A stretch of 63,233 nt of DNA, the filler included, from Reticulomyxa filosa (lineage: Eukaryota > Protista > Foraminifera), in assembly GCA_000512085.1 (NCBI GenBank). It is 18 parts of 18 records of this genome, joined end to end, with 100 filler letters (N's around TTAATTAATTAA, not from the genome) between each part and the next. Parts side by side here need not be neighbours in the genome. Positions count along the whole stretch, not along the records: positions 4,997 to 16,234 come from ASPP01004915.1; positions 16,335 to 17,677 come from ASPP01000898.1; positions 17,778 to 18,872 come from ASPP01012597.1; positions 18,973 to 21,204 come from ASPP01002273.1; positions 21,305 to 29,338 come from ASPP01008144.1; 13 more parts are not named here. One strand, written 5' to 3'. Shown piece by piece: positions 13,151 through 26,497 of this stretch. Both the position numbers and the translations under genes were made by a program. Below the pieces are notes generated by a model. The model did no database searches. It was not told the origin of the DNA and saw only the letters and a list, made by a program, of their open reading frames with translations. Each line of letters opens with the position of its first letter. The first letter of the stretch is position 1.

Positions 13151-14678
13151 AGCATATATATATATGCGTTATCAAAATCGATTAAGAGCAAAGCTGTCTC
13201 AAAACCATTGAAGTTAAACATTTATTATTGCTGTCTTTTTTTCTAAGCAATTTAAATTAATTTGTTGTTGTACTATCTAAGGTTGCAAGAACTATTACAT
13301 ACTAAGGCTGCAAGAAGTAGAGGTTATTGTGAATGAGTGGTGAAGCCACAAATAAAGATGAAGAATATAAACACTACTGCCTTATCTGGGAATCCAAGCC
13401 AAAGAAATACAATCAAAATAGAGAACTCTTATCTGTAAAACAGATTGCAATCAAATTATCAATGATTAACAAATGAAAAAGAAAATCACTCGTTGAAATC
13501 AAAAGACTTTCAGAAACATGGATATTGAAACATTGTCTCGAATATTGAAAACTTTTGCGGCTGTTACAATAGAAAAGAAGTCTCAACAAACTGAAAGTGC
13601 CTGTTGAAGAAATATTGTCGTATCAATATGATAGAAATGTTTGCAACCTTCACGTTGAATGAAAGATTATGGACAAACAATACGCTTAGTGATATTGGCG
13701 CAAAGATGCAGCTTGGATTTTCACAAGTATAGAATTGATTTTTGTTTTGAGATGCTCAAAGCGCCACAAGTCACCAAGTATTGCATGTTCAGAACATTTA
13801 GTAGAAAGCGCAGCTTATACACAGCAAGTGAAAAGCAATTTATTTACATTGAACACAGTCGCTGGTTGATGTCGATGTTCATTGATATTTTTTATCTTTG
13901 TTTTGAAAATAGTCGAAGTATTGAGATTTGATGTTAAGTAATGTATGTTAACACACTTTAGTTCTCCTTCTCTCCATCTGATATGCCAATGTAAGAACAT
14001 ATCTCATTTGATTAGTACAAAATAAAATAGCGTCAAGAAGTGAATCTCATTTCTTCCCGATCAAGTGAAATAGCGTCAGACGACGATGGGTAGAGTTTCG
14101 TGCGAAGTGTTTTGATTTCTATTGAATTTGCATTGAAGAACCCGGACACAAATAACAGCTAAAAAAGGGTCAAAGACAAACAAAAACGATACTTTGTTTT
14201 TGGTCTTGGAAATATGTTATGGTACGATTCATACTTGGTAGTGATTTTTTTATATATCAACACAAAAAATTTCAGTGTTACTGAAGAATTTGGAAGAAGA
14301 TTTAATTATCTCAAAAGTTTTTGAAAGAAGGAAAAGTTCCTGTCTTTCACCTCCTCCCCCTCTTCAGATTTCTAAAAATATTTTTAAAAAGCGAAAATAA
14401 TTGACATTCCAAAATTCAGTTTTTTTCTCGCTTACGTATTGATGTCAGCCATGCCAGCATTTGTGCTGTAAACACAACAAAGCATCTTTACTGCGTGAGG
14501 AGATTAAAATAAAATGTAACACAATAAAAAAACAAAATTGTGATTCAATTTTTACTTAACGTGGCAAAATTTTGGTTAATACCGACATTTGCCTTGTCTC
14601 GAAGTGTATCCAATGAAGACTGATCTTTAGAACTGGGGTGTAAAGCATTGCCATCAATCTGATCATTAACGCTACAAG

Positions 14679-16234
14679 TTAACTGTGCAGACATTGCTCC
14701 GTTTTGGGTCGAGGAGACCTCGGAATTGAAATTGTCTTTGTGGTCATCTGGAGCAATAGAGTTATCTGCGCTGGGACACTTCTATCGATTGGGTTATCTT
14801 CATTAGTAATGCAATGCTGTGCAGGAGCCTCATCAGAGTGTACGCGTTTGGATGACAAATGGCTATGCGTGTCATTATCATCGTCATCATCATCCTCTTC
14901 CTCCTCCTGAAACTTTGGATGCAAACACGAATCCGAGGGTTTAAATTGTCTGTGCAAATGGTCAAATGGAGGTATCATTTTGACTTCTCCTCCAAACATT
15001 TTTGTTCGATAGACATTGGGTTCTTTTGCATCAAATTGTGATATCTATATTTGTCATTTTCTTTTTTTTTTAATTGAGTCAATAATTTGTATCGTTTGTG
15101 CTGGACATAATCTCAACTTCGCTGAAAATGATATTTTCTCGAGAAAAATTGTTTGAGCTTAGTCCAAACAAATTGTTTAAGACAGTTTGGTCACTTAGGT
15201 CCATCGCTTCAAAGTTGAGATTTGCGAAATCGATCAAATTATTTTTTTTGGCAGTGTCGGGATGGATATCCTCTTTGTACTCGTACTTGTGAATGTCTTT
15301 AAGTGCCGCATACAATCCAAATCTAGCTTTTCCCAACTCTTCTTTATTTGTCGTTAGCTGATACAATTTGACTGCTTCGTCTCTCATTCTAATTTTTATA
15401 TATACATATATACATATACATATATATATATATACATATATGTATATGTATATATGTGTATGTCCCTTCAAAAAAAAAATAAAATAAAATTAAACTCATG
15501 TTCAATGCGTTCATTGGAATGTTTGTATCGTGTCAATTCGACAATGATTGGGAAAAAGACATTTGTCACAGTGACAACAAAGCGATCCGTCGACTTTTTC
15601 AGGAAATGGCGGAGCAGGAACAAGCTCATCAATCCGTGCTGAAAGTTTTTTCCTGTTGTGTCGTTCAATCGATAGATCAACACATTGTGTATTGCGTGGA
15701 ACACACGAGGATCAAATGCCCCTGATATCAATCGCGACGCGTGTTGTTCTTTATTCTTTACAAACTCGGGCACCTCTTTATTCGACGTCAATGTTGCAAT
15801 GTCATTCACATACCCGCTCAAATTGATCGCCGAGTTCATTACATTTTCGCGCGCTGTCGATCCACTTCGTAAGAATTTCAAGCACCCCGTATACGACATC
15901 ACTCCAAACTGTGGTCGATGTTCAATCGCATAGTCAAACCGTTCCTTTTTTTTTTTTTTTTTTTTTTTTTGAATTTTTAGCTTTTTCCATTAACTTGAAA
16001 AAAAAAAAAAAAAAATAAACTTGAAGTCCATTCGATTTGGCATGAAGACTGAGTGTAGCTTCTTGTTGCCGGACAAACCAGAATTGGAACAATTGACTCT
16101 GACACAAAATTTCCAGATATTTCAGGACCTCTTCGTTGTAGATATTGCGTGGCTCTTGTTTAATTTGTTTCAGCTTCGACCAATCGGTCCAGCGATCTTT
16201 GCTAGAACGTTCGCTGGTGGCATTAGCATTAGCA
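14679..16234 (-). CDS. Divergent ENTH (epsin N-terminal homology)-like domain protein, multi-exon, 5'-truncated
   Basis: AIHNVLIYRLNDTTGKNFQHGLMSLFLLRHFLKKSTDRFV...IVELTRYKH...MRDEAVKLYQL...EELGKAR matches ENTH helices (RLnd.gknWrh.yKaL.LL.yL.k.Gs.rfv). Intron 15945-16020 (GT-AG) and further introns near 15390-15495 and 15025-15115. Confidence 0.65.
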
Positions 16235-16334
16235 NNNNNNNNNNNNNNNNNNNNNNNNNNNNNNNNNNNNNNNNNNNNTTAATTAATTAANNNNNNNNNN
16301 NNNNNNNNNNNNNNNNNNNNNNNNNNNNNNNNNN

Positions 16335-17677
16335 ACTGAGATAGTAACTCTTTTACTGGCAACGAGCGACTTGTGTGAAAGGGTATCGATCCTTGTTTAG
16401 TCTTAAGAGTGTTTAGTGCTTTCGGGAAATTAGCATTCTCGTTGCAAATAACAGTCTTTTGTGTTTGGCAGAACTCCGAGAGGTCGGGTAACTTCTACTG
16501 AACATCGGGCAAAACCGAAACCCACTCGCTGATAACAAGGCTTGTGAAGGCAATCCGGACGGCCGAGGCAAGGTGTTTTTACTCCAATCGGCTCTACTGC
16601 AGCCCATGTTGGGACAAAATACACCACTTGGATCCAATCGAATGGTAAGACAGACATGTTAATTACACTTCCGAACATGTCTCAGTGAATTATCAAATGT
16701 CAGTATGCACCCTGATACAAGAAACAACAAAGAAAAAAAGATTGATGAAATTACATTTGAAAATGTATGGAAGAAAAACATGCAAATTCGACGACAATTC
16801 TTGTGTACGAATATGCCAACGATCGTCGTCATTCCAATCAAGCTCGAATAACTTAAATCAGCAGCATCAGTGATTAAGTTCCTTGGATTAACAAACAAGA
16901 ATGCGTTGTCTAGCACATACATTCTTGATGTTAATAAGCAGCAACTAATTCAACTAGCTCATAACTTCAATAATGCCAAGAACGGACAAATTGAACAAAA
17001 GGAAAATAAAGATTGTAAACAAAGAATTATAAGGCAACCAAGACGTGACATCTATCGAAAGACATTCGCTGCTGAACAGAAGAAAAAGCAGTGAACAAGC
17101 AGTGACTAATCTTCAAGTGAATAAATATGTCCTGCTTCGAGGACATCAAATTGTAAAAGCAATAATGAAATCAAGGAGACATCGGAAAATTATGGATATT
17201 CAGATCGGATATTCAATGGTAAAAGTGGAAAGGCAAATCAAGACCAAAATCGCATTTTAAACAATGGCCCAAGCAAACACAAATATGTTTTACGCCGAAA
17301 ACGGTATCCAAGTGATTCATTGCAATGTGATGTTATTCGTAAAGCAAGAGAAAGCTTGGTATCAAATTGACAAGGAAGATGCATTCCTGAAGAAAAAGGC
17401 ATCTCAATCCATTCCAATTAAATCAAATGTGCAGCGATAACCAAATAATTATTCTATACGGAATGGTCAGGGAATTACATTAGCAATGCTAATGCTCAAC
17501 TGAATCCTCTGAGCATTGTTTTCGAAGTGTTGGAGTCTCAGGAAATATTGAGATTCAATTCACCTCTTTTAACAAATTAAAGCAAACTAAACAAAAATAA
17601 ATTTAAACACTTATTATATTTTTTTAGATGTGTTGCAGTGGGGCGTGTCAAGTGTTGGACTACTCTCGCTTCATCCT
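16335..17677 (+). mobile_element. Possible decayed non-LTR retroelement fragment
   Basis: VIKFLGLT (like the RT KYLG motif) at ~16870 and a C..C..ESSEHC zinc-knuckle-like remnant at ~17490; no intact ORF. Confidence 0.3.
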
Positions 17678-17849
17678 NNNNNNNNNNNNNNNNNNNNNNN
17701 NNNNNNNNNNNNNNNNNNNNNTTAATTAATTAANNNNNNNNNNNNNNNNNNNNNNNNNNNNNNNNNNNNNNNNNNNNATATACATATACATATACATATA
17801 TATATATATGTATATATACATATATGTTGTATATTATAAATTAAAACTT

Positions 17850-18718
17850 ACTGTCTTTTCTTTTTCTCTCAATTCATACAATTCTCTGCTGGTGAAACCA
17901 GTAGTTGCAACAAATGCATCCCAAGGACTGGTATGTGAGATGATCAATTTGAGTGCCTCTTCCCTGGTCAAAGGATAGCTGTTACTGGCCGTGTTTTGCA
18001 GTTTGTACGGGGTGAAAGTTCGCTTTCTCACCAACAGGCAATAAGGACTACTTCGTTGTTGGAAATGCAAGTGAGCGGCTTCAATGGCCTCCACCGTGCC
18101 CTCTTCGTAATCCGGCAAAATTTCAAAGGGAATGCCCATGTCCGCCAACAATGCCGTCGTCGCTTTGCCTTGCACCATGTGTTGGGGTTCGTCTTTGCGA
18201 CCCGGTTCGCCACGCCAGCCAACCATTAACAACAGTGGAATCTGAAAGACTTTACGATCGCTTAGTGACAGCAATGGGTTAATTGCATTTCCCAATCCTT
18301 AATTTTTTTTTTTTTTTTTTTTGGAATTTTATTTATAATACAAATTTATCAAAATTTTACAAAGCAAAATCCTCATACCTGAATTTTGCAAATAAATGAT
18401 AGGTATTTTGCCCGTAGCCAAGTGATATCCCACACCAACCGAAACAGCGTTACCCTCATTAGGAGTGATAATGTGCTGAGTGGCAGGCACATTGTCCGTA
18501 ACGTAAGCGCAAAAGTCTTTCAGCAATGAGTCCGGCACACCGCAATAAAAATCGTGTCCGTGCTGTTTCAATTGATTAAACAGTACACTTGGCCGTACGA
18601 AGTCGCGCACTAGTTCCGTCAAAGGCAACTCGCCAGGGTTCGTCTGACTTGTTTTCCCTACTCGGTCTTGCTCGTATTCGTGCAGTTTCACATTTCCATT
18701 CTCTTCGTTGCTTGCCAT
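17850..18718 (-). CDS. aepY: Phosphonopyruvate decarboxylase (TPP-dependent), 3'-truncated by the contig end
   Basis: FYCGVPDSLLKDFCAY, HIITPNEGNAV...GYHLATGK...YLQNSG|LGNAINPLLSL, LLMVGWRGEPG.KDEPQH.VQG, LTREEAL, VATTGFTSRELYELR. An 81-nt GT-AG intron at 18298-18378 restores QNSGLGN. Confidence 0.95.
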
Positions 18719-19139
18719 TGTCTTCTCTATTTCTTTCGATTTCACGCCTTCATTCGTTTCTGTTCCTACATTTTCTTTCTGGTTTCGTTTTGTACTGAAA
18801 TACTTACCATTGCAAACTTTTTTTTTTTTTTTTTTTTTTTTTGCACGTGACCAAAAATAATTGTTTTTTTTTNNNNNNNNNNNNNNNNNNNNNNNNNNNN
18901 NNNNNNNNNNNNNNNNTTAATTAATTAANNNNNNNNNNNNNNNNNNNNNNNNNNNNNNNNNNNNNNNNNNNNCCCCTTTTATTCTGTTCAAATAATTTGT
19001 ATACGTAGTACGTGTGTGTTTTTGAAGATTCCAAGTGCAAGAGGGTATATATAAATATATAAATAAAGAAGATGCGCTTTTTTTATTTTTTTATTTTTTT
19101 ATTTTTTATTTAAAAAAAAAAAATATGCAAACAAGCACA

Positions 19140-19927
19140 ACCTGAGCGCCTAATGAACTGGATCGAGTGACAACAGCAGGATTGGGATAGCCGTAAAACT
19201 GGTGTTGCGGAGCGGAATATCCACCCATTGGCGATATGGTTTGTCCATAGGGTACGTTTCCATAATACATCGGAGTGGATTGTGCTTGCATCAATGTCGG
19301 CATTTGTTGTGTGGGTGTCTGTGCTTGTGCTTGTGCTTGTGATATTTGTGTCTGTGTCTGTGGCAATGGATCCGATTGTGACATCAACAAACCTTCTGCT
19401 ACTTGCGTGTCGTTGCCCGAGGTTATCTTTGCTGCTATTGGTTGGGTCAACATAATGCTCGTCACGAGTGACAGACTTCCGCTTTCCATTCTTCCCACTG
19501 TATCGCCTTTGGGTGTTTCAATAACTACTGGGTTGTCCACTTGGTGCAACTGGTTCAAACCATTGTCAGATACCTCTCTCACACTTGTGATTGAAATCTT
19601 TTCTGCTGATTCATCCGCGGGGACCCCCACGAACCCATAGTGAACTTCCACTTCGCCATTGCTTACGTTCGTTTCCATTCGCTCGCTCTTCTGGACATTC
19701 GACCCACTTGTCGTTGCTGCACTCGTCTCCTTGCTCGTCTTGTCGTGCACTTCGCTTATGGTACTCGTTTTCTCCCCTTCTTGCTGCTCGTCCTTCCCTA
19801 ACATTGGCTGCTTTTCACTGTCGTTTTGACCGTATGCTACACGATCAACTGTATTACGCTTGGTTATATTGCCACTCACATTCCCATCATCGGGAGTTGA
19901 CCCGCACATTGACTCACAACCACCCAT
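19140..19927 (-). CDS. Hypothetical protein, first exon; probable N-myristoylation/palmitoylation signal
   Basis: 273-aa ORF starting MGGCESMCGS; Q/P/Y-rich tail; GT donor near 19141. Confidence 0.65.
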
Positions 19928-20287
19928 TGAGCACGATATTCGAAGCTAGATTTTAGAGTTAATGACATACTCCCCGTTTTAAAAGAACCTTTTTTTTTTT
20001 ATAGCCGTTCTTATGTTGTGAATAGTAAATACGTGGAACGTGCTAATGTTTTGGAATTATCACGTCTTCAGCTGGAAATTTTCTTTCTTTCGTAAGTGAA
20101 AAGTACAGTTGAACTTGACGCGGTTATTTTTCAAAAGTGAACTTTCGCAAATCGTTCAGCTTCATCTTATCACTAATTACTCCTCAAAGAATATTTTTCA
20201 GTACAAAACGTTTAAAAGCAAGACCTAGAATCAAAAAACAAGGGGTAATGTTGAGAACTTGAATCTCACAGAATAATAATTCCCTAA

Positions 20288-21180
20288 ATGGGACAATCAT
20301 TTTCATCTTCCCCTGGGATTTTGTGTCCACCATTTGGAAATAGCCAAGATATGGTCGAGCCTAAGCGATTATTTACCGAAGCGTTGTTCGTAGTAGGACA
20401 GTTGACTTCGCTAGACGAAGACAGGCTTTTACTGCAGCTGGAAACGTGCATGAAGAAAGGCAACGCACAGAATCAGTATGAAAATAGTGAGTTCATCGAA
20501 GCTATGAAATCATGCAAGCAGGTGTTGACGGATTCGAAGCGTATAGTTTTATTGCTAAGTGACAACACAATACTGTGCTATGGTACAAAAAAAAAAAAAA
20601 TCTTTAAAAAAATATAGCACACACGTCCATATAAATAAGTATGCATATATATATGTATACATATATGTGTATGTATGTACGAATCACAAGGAAAAAACTA
20701 TGATGGAATGTTTGGTGAACAAATGAATGACAAGCGTATATTTGGTTGTTTGAGTTTAAATGTGAACTCGGCATTTAAAAATGGGAGTCAATTAAATCCG
20801 AATAACACACTGGTTGTTTCGAAATTGTTCATGAATCGCTTCAATTGCAATCACGTGTTTATCTTAGCAAATGATAAATCTTCAAATCGAAATTTATTAT
20901 TTGGAATGGGACGAAACACGAAAGGTTTTCTTTTTTTTAAAAAAAAAAAAAAAAAAAAATAAATTTAATTCATACACGCATATACGTATACGTATACACA
21001 TATATGCATATATGTGCATCTGTACATGCATTACATGTGGCGATAAGGCCAACTCGGAGTCTCAACATTCGACGTAACAACTCCAATTCGATGTGATTAC
21101 TTCAATAATCGAGACATGCTTGGATCACTTCACGACATTATTTGTTTAAACTTAAGCACAGTGTTTATCTTCAGTTAATG
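20288..21180 (+). CDS. RCC1-repeat-like protein (multi-exon, partial)
   Basis: Spliced read ILCYG|KNYDGMFG and HVFIL...LFGMGRNTKG|QLGV, matching the RCC1 G.N..GQLG repeat; MGQS start. Confidence 0.6.
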
Positions 21181-23492
21181 AATACGTCGTCTTTTTTTTA
21201 TTTANNNNNNNNNNNNNNNNNNNNNNNNNNNNNNNNNNNNNNNNNNNNTTAATTAATTAANNNNNNNNNNNNNNNNNNNNNNNNNNNNNNNNNNNNNNNN
21301 NNNNTAAGATTTGTTTTTTAAAATTTAATTCAAGTTTACCAACGTATTATATCTACTTTGGCTTTTTTAACGACTGTATTTTCTTTGGTGGATAGTAAAT
21401 ACAATGATTCACAAAAAAGGACAATTTAATACCACTGAAGAAATTCGGAAAAAATGTAAAGAAATATTTGTGAAACCTTAATAAAGTTGATTCTAAAGAT
21501 TTTCAATTGGATTTAAATCAGGTGACTTTGCATTAATTCATTGTTTTCATTTTTTTGTTTTAACTATTTCATAATTTTTTCCGATTTACAGCATGCATTA
21601 TCTTGCTGAAAATCCAATTATCTTTATTTTCTACGCAGCAATTGACGCATGCTTCAATTTTGCAAGATGTTCAGCGAATTTAGAACAAGCAAGTACATAT
21701 AATTATAATAACAAACAAACATTTGTCTTTATATAACTAGTATTTTGTCTTTCTTTTTTCCAATATAGTAAATCTACAACTTCAATATAAGTTAATTTTT
21801 ATTTCATCAGAAAATATAACTTTTTTCCAATTATATACAATACAATTTTTTATGTTCTTTAGTAAATTTGACTTTGTCTTATTTGTGATTGTATGAATGC
21901 CATTTGATTTTAAAGTTCTTGTTTTTGTCGAATAAGAAACTTTAATTTCGTTTTCAGCATCTGATAATTTTTCAAATCTTTAGCTGTCCTACACATACCA
22001 GAAACTAGCAATCTGACAATTTAACGCTGAAGCATGTTAGTGATTTTTTTATTACTACAAGACAATATTTTCTTTCAACAATCTTTTTTGAGCCATACAA
22101 CATCTTCCAAATCTGCAAAATCGGAGTGCTTAAAACATACTTCTTAGTAGCATATCGAAAAGTTGCATCACTAAGTAATAAACTTACAGTAACACTGTTA
22201 GTAAAATGCTTCAAATGTTTGCTCGTTTTTTTAAAAAAGCAAAATATAAAAAATAAAAATAAAAATAAATATCACAAAATTCAAAAAAGAAAAAAGAAAA
22301 AAATTTTGCAAACTACTGAAGGCAAAATTGCACAACAAAGAAATGTGCTTTTCTCAAATTCTAACATATACACGATCATAATTTTTAAAAATTATATCTA
22401 CGTGATGTCAAGTTTCTGAAAAGAAATAAAAAGATTGAAATTTTCATCATAACAATTTTTCTTCAACTTTAAAAAATCAAATGAAAAGTAAGGTTTGGTT
22501 AACATAGAATGACTTTATTTAAAAACTTCAACATTTGTAGATATTTTTTTTAATTAGGATTAATTGTTTGTTTTTCATTTAGAAAATCAATTATCTTCAT
22601 AAAATAGCATTTTATATTTACTGTTTTTTCAAAATAATGTATATTCAAAAAATACATTATTCGCATATATTATATTTCAAAAAAATTTTGATTAAATGTT
22701 ATTTTTTCATTTAAAAAATCCAATTATATTCATAAAGTACAGTTTTATTTGCCAACTTTCTTTTTATCTTACTATATTTAGCGTGAATGACATTTAGTAT
22801 AAATACACTATTAACAGTATAATTATTGATACAACTTAGTATATACTGAGCCACTATATACAATCTTTTGTATATATATAATTAGGTTTCTCCAATGTCA
22901 CCATGGGTGCTCCGTTGTAGAAATTAGTAATAAATATTATAAATATTTATATATACCAAATAAAAAAGACAACTGTTCAAACTTGACAAGCAAGTACGAC
23001 GAAGTTCGAACAATATTATTTTATGTGTTCCATAGTTTCGTAACGTGCTTACACGGTCAAGTTTTAAAGATATATCCTAAAGAAATGCTTGTACTATTAT
23101 CAAAATTGTCGGTGTTAGTGAGTTTTTTAAGTGCCCCCTAAGAAGGAAAACGTTTTGAAAAATTGTTTGCAATTTTGCGTTTTGTGAATAATTTAATCTG
23201 CAATTACTGGGTCTTCGAAAATAAAAAAAATTAATTTTTATTCTCAGTTGTTGGCAGTGTCCGAATTTCATCGCAAACGTTTTCAGTCAACTGCGTTTAA
23301 AAAAAACTAGGTTAAATGAGCTTTTACCTGTCAAGTTTTTTTCAAAGCATTTTTGAAAATTTTTGCGTTGTTGTCAAGCAATAGCGCTTTTTTTCAAGTT
23401 GCAATATCTAATAAACGTAGAGATATCAACAAAAGCGTGATATTTTCTGAGACAAGCTCTACAGCTAAAACAAAAGGAAGCAAAAGTTGGGC

Positions 23493-25562
23493 GATGTCAA
23501 ATGATGGCAACAATAGCATGTCTTCACAAAAAGGGCTGTCTTATCAGCAATTTGCGGAAAGTTATTTCGCGCTGTTATTGAGAATAATGAAAAAGGTGCC
23601 ATTTTCTGTTTAAAAAAATTGTATCAAAGCCACGCAAAGAGTAGGGGTTAAGAGGGCAAAGAAAACAGATACAAATGTAGTTTTTTTTGTAAGACAATCG
23701 AATAAGCAATTTTTTGAAATCAAAAAGCAACAACAACAACAAAATGAACAGATGCCAAACTGCTCACATAACATTGCAGAACAAAAAATATTTGAAGGTT
23801 TGGAAGTCCCAGGATTAGACTCCATAACGAAACGTGTTTGTTATCCAAATCATGAGCAAACGTGGAACGATCAATTGCCGCTGACACAGCCCGTTTGCAA
23901 TACGAATACCAATGAACTGATGAAACAAGTGGACGAGTTAAGACGACTCAACGGTGTGAGATATCAAGATGCTATTCGAGCAGTCCAATTACAAATGTTA
24001 TTCGATCACTTTTCTGTTCGATACCCGGTTGGCTTTTTAGTGTTGTTGTTGTGTTTCATTTGTTTGCAAAGGTGTGACCAAAAAGGAAGAAGGAAGAAAA
24101 AAAAAGGGGGGTGTGTGAGGAAGTGCAGAGGTTCCTTTTCGTGATTTCGCACAGAAAAAAGAAATATTAACTTTTTTTAAAATAATTTATTAATCAATTA
24201 ACTTAAAAAAAAAAAAAGGATGTGACACCCGAAACGGAAATGCTACAAATGCTGACAGAAAAATTGGACAAAATGTATGAGATGACACCACCCCCAAAGA
24301 TGTGTACGGTACAAAGTACCGAAGTGCTGTCAAATGAGGAAAAAGTGGTTGAAAGTGATGTGACGCAGAGTAAAGGCGTGTTGGATGATCACAAAAGTGA
24401 AACTGATGCTGTGTCGATGCGATCGAATGAGGACAAAGCAAAGGGAGAAGAATGGGCCGAGCAACTCCCGTCAGTCCACAAAGATCTGGCCATTGCCAAT
24501 CATGACACGAGTCACAACATTGGCACCCGTGATAGTCTTAGTGCCTGCAGTAGCAACGTCAATATTAATGTGAATATCCACATTCGCAACAGTAGCAATA
24601 GCGATGATAGCTTCAATTGTGTCAATAGCATGAAAAGCTTACATAGCCTGAATAGCATCAACAGTGTCGACAGTGCAGATAGCAATGGCGAACTGCTCTG
24701 CAATGAAAAGGGTGCTGCTCACGTGTTGATGGCGAACTTGAATGTGGAGGCGGATCACATGACTATGACGGAACGGGGCAAAAGAGATGGTAGTGTGGAT
24801 AGAAATAGAGACGATGATGTGGAAGGTGATATGGATGAGGAAGACGACTGTCAAAGTCATTTTCATAGTGACGACTCACACTTTCAAAAGAGTCACCACG
24901 TTTCTGTAGACTACAAGAAACAAGCTTGTAGTAATACATTTGTTACTCAAACCTTTGACTCACATTGCCCGAAAATCACTTCAAAACTATTGCAACATCC
25001 CCATCAGCCCGTTCGAAGATCAGCTGCATATCACCGACATAAGCATCGACACCAACAGCAACACCAATATCAATATCAATATCATTATCAACATCACAAA
25101 CGAATCAATTGTCATGCAATGTGTTGTTCTCACAGCGATCCCAACCAAAGTTTAAAGCGCAAACGCCAAAAGATGAAAGACACGGACTCGTATACCTTTG
25201 ATCACGGATATGATGACTGCAGTCTCGATATGAACGATCAGTCCTATCGACACTGTCATGATAATGACTACACTTCGCAAGGCAGTAACAATCCTGAAAC
25301 AGACTGTCCCAACACCAATAGTGATCGTACTGATACAAAAGGGGCTGGTGGCACCCACACTGGTAATGATGACTGCAATGGCAGTGACCGCACTTTCACT
25401 CGCGCCTGCGCCTGTGGAGGGGAGGAGAAGAGAACAAAAAAAGATGCAAACGGAAATATTTACTGTTCTTGTGATTTTTCATCTAATAAAAAATATCGTC
25501 GCATCACTATTAATACATCTTCTTCTGATATGTTACATTTACAATTTCAGAGGTCTTTATAA
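23493..25562 (+). CDS. Hypothetical low-complexity protein (multi-exon; D/S/N/H/Q-rich)
   Basis: ORFs 23752-24144 and 24222-25562 (446 aa) separated by an intron-like A/T tract ending aaaaag at ~24218. Start position uncertain. Confidence 0.6.
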
Positions 25563-26497
25563 TTAATGTCTTGGTTGGTCAAAATATAAACATAAAATAA
25601 CTAACTCTTTCTTTTTTTTCCCCTCAGGGAATGAAACAAGGGAGGGAACTTTCATGGAGGAGGGGCACAAAGAAAGTGGAAGGGACTAACAAAACCAAAA
25701 ACAAACAAAATAAATCACTTCTTTTTTTTGATTTGTTTTTTTGTTGTTTTGCTTTGGTCTTTGCTTTGAAGGGTCGTTTTTTAATCTTGTTGGTTTTATT
25801 GGGTTTTTTCATTTATTTTTTTTTTGAGGAAGGGAAATAATGCGTCGACTTCGAAAAAGAGATTTAATTTGTTAAACAAACAGATAAAATTGTTTGCACA
25901 TGGACTCTGCTGTATTGATGCTTGGGTGTGGTTTTTGTTTGTTTGCATTGTGAGGAAATTTTTGCCCAACATTGGCGAACATGTGTTTCTAGTGTTCTTT
26001 TTTGTTTTTGTTCAGTTGTTTTTGTTGACAAAGAAAAACTAAATCCTTATGAGTTAGTGTTTTGCAATAAGAAAGTGATAAATCTTCCTGGACGGATATG
26101 AGATATTTGCATTTTCTTTTTTTCCTCTCTACTAGTTTCAACATTTACCATCAGATATTTTCTAAGCAAGCACAGATAACGTGCTACATCACTGTTTTCA
26201 TGTCGAGAAAAATTAGATATTGTTGTCAATACTAAGTTTTTGTATCAATTATTGTGTTTGAAGTTTTGAAATTCCGCTGAATGATTAACTATATTATATC
26301 ATCTGGTGGTTGCATTTAGACAGCGGTTTCACAGAATATAAAGTTGCTGTTTTTAGTTACAAGTATTAAGTTTTTTTGTTGACTATAAGAACCTTTTTTT
26401 TCTCTAAAAAATAAAAACTTTTTAACTTTTCTCTGCTAAGCTGTTTGAAGGGGAAGAAAAGCACAAATTATCCAGAAAGAAAACAAATAAATTTAAA

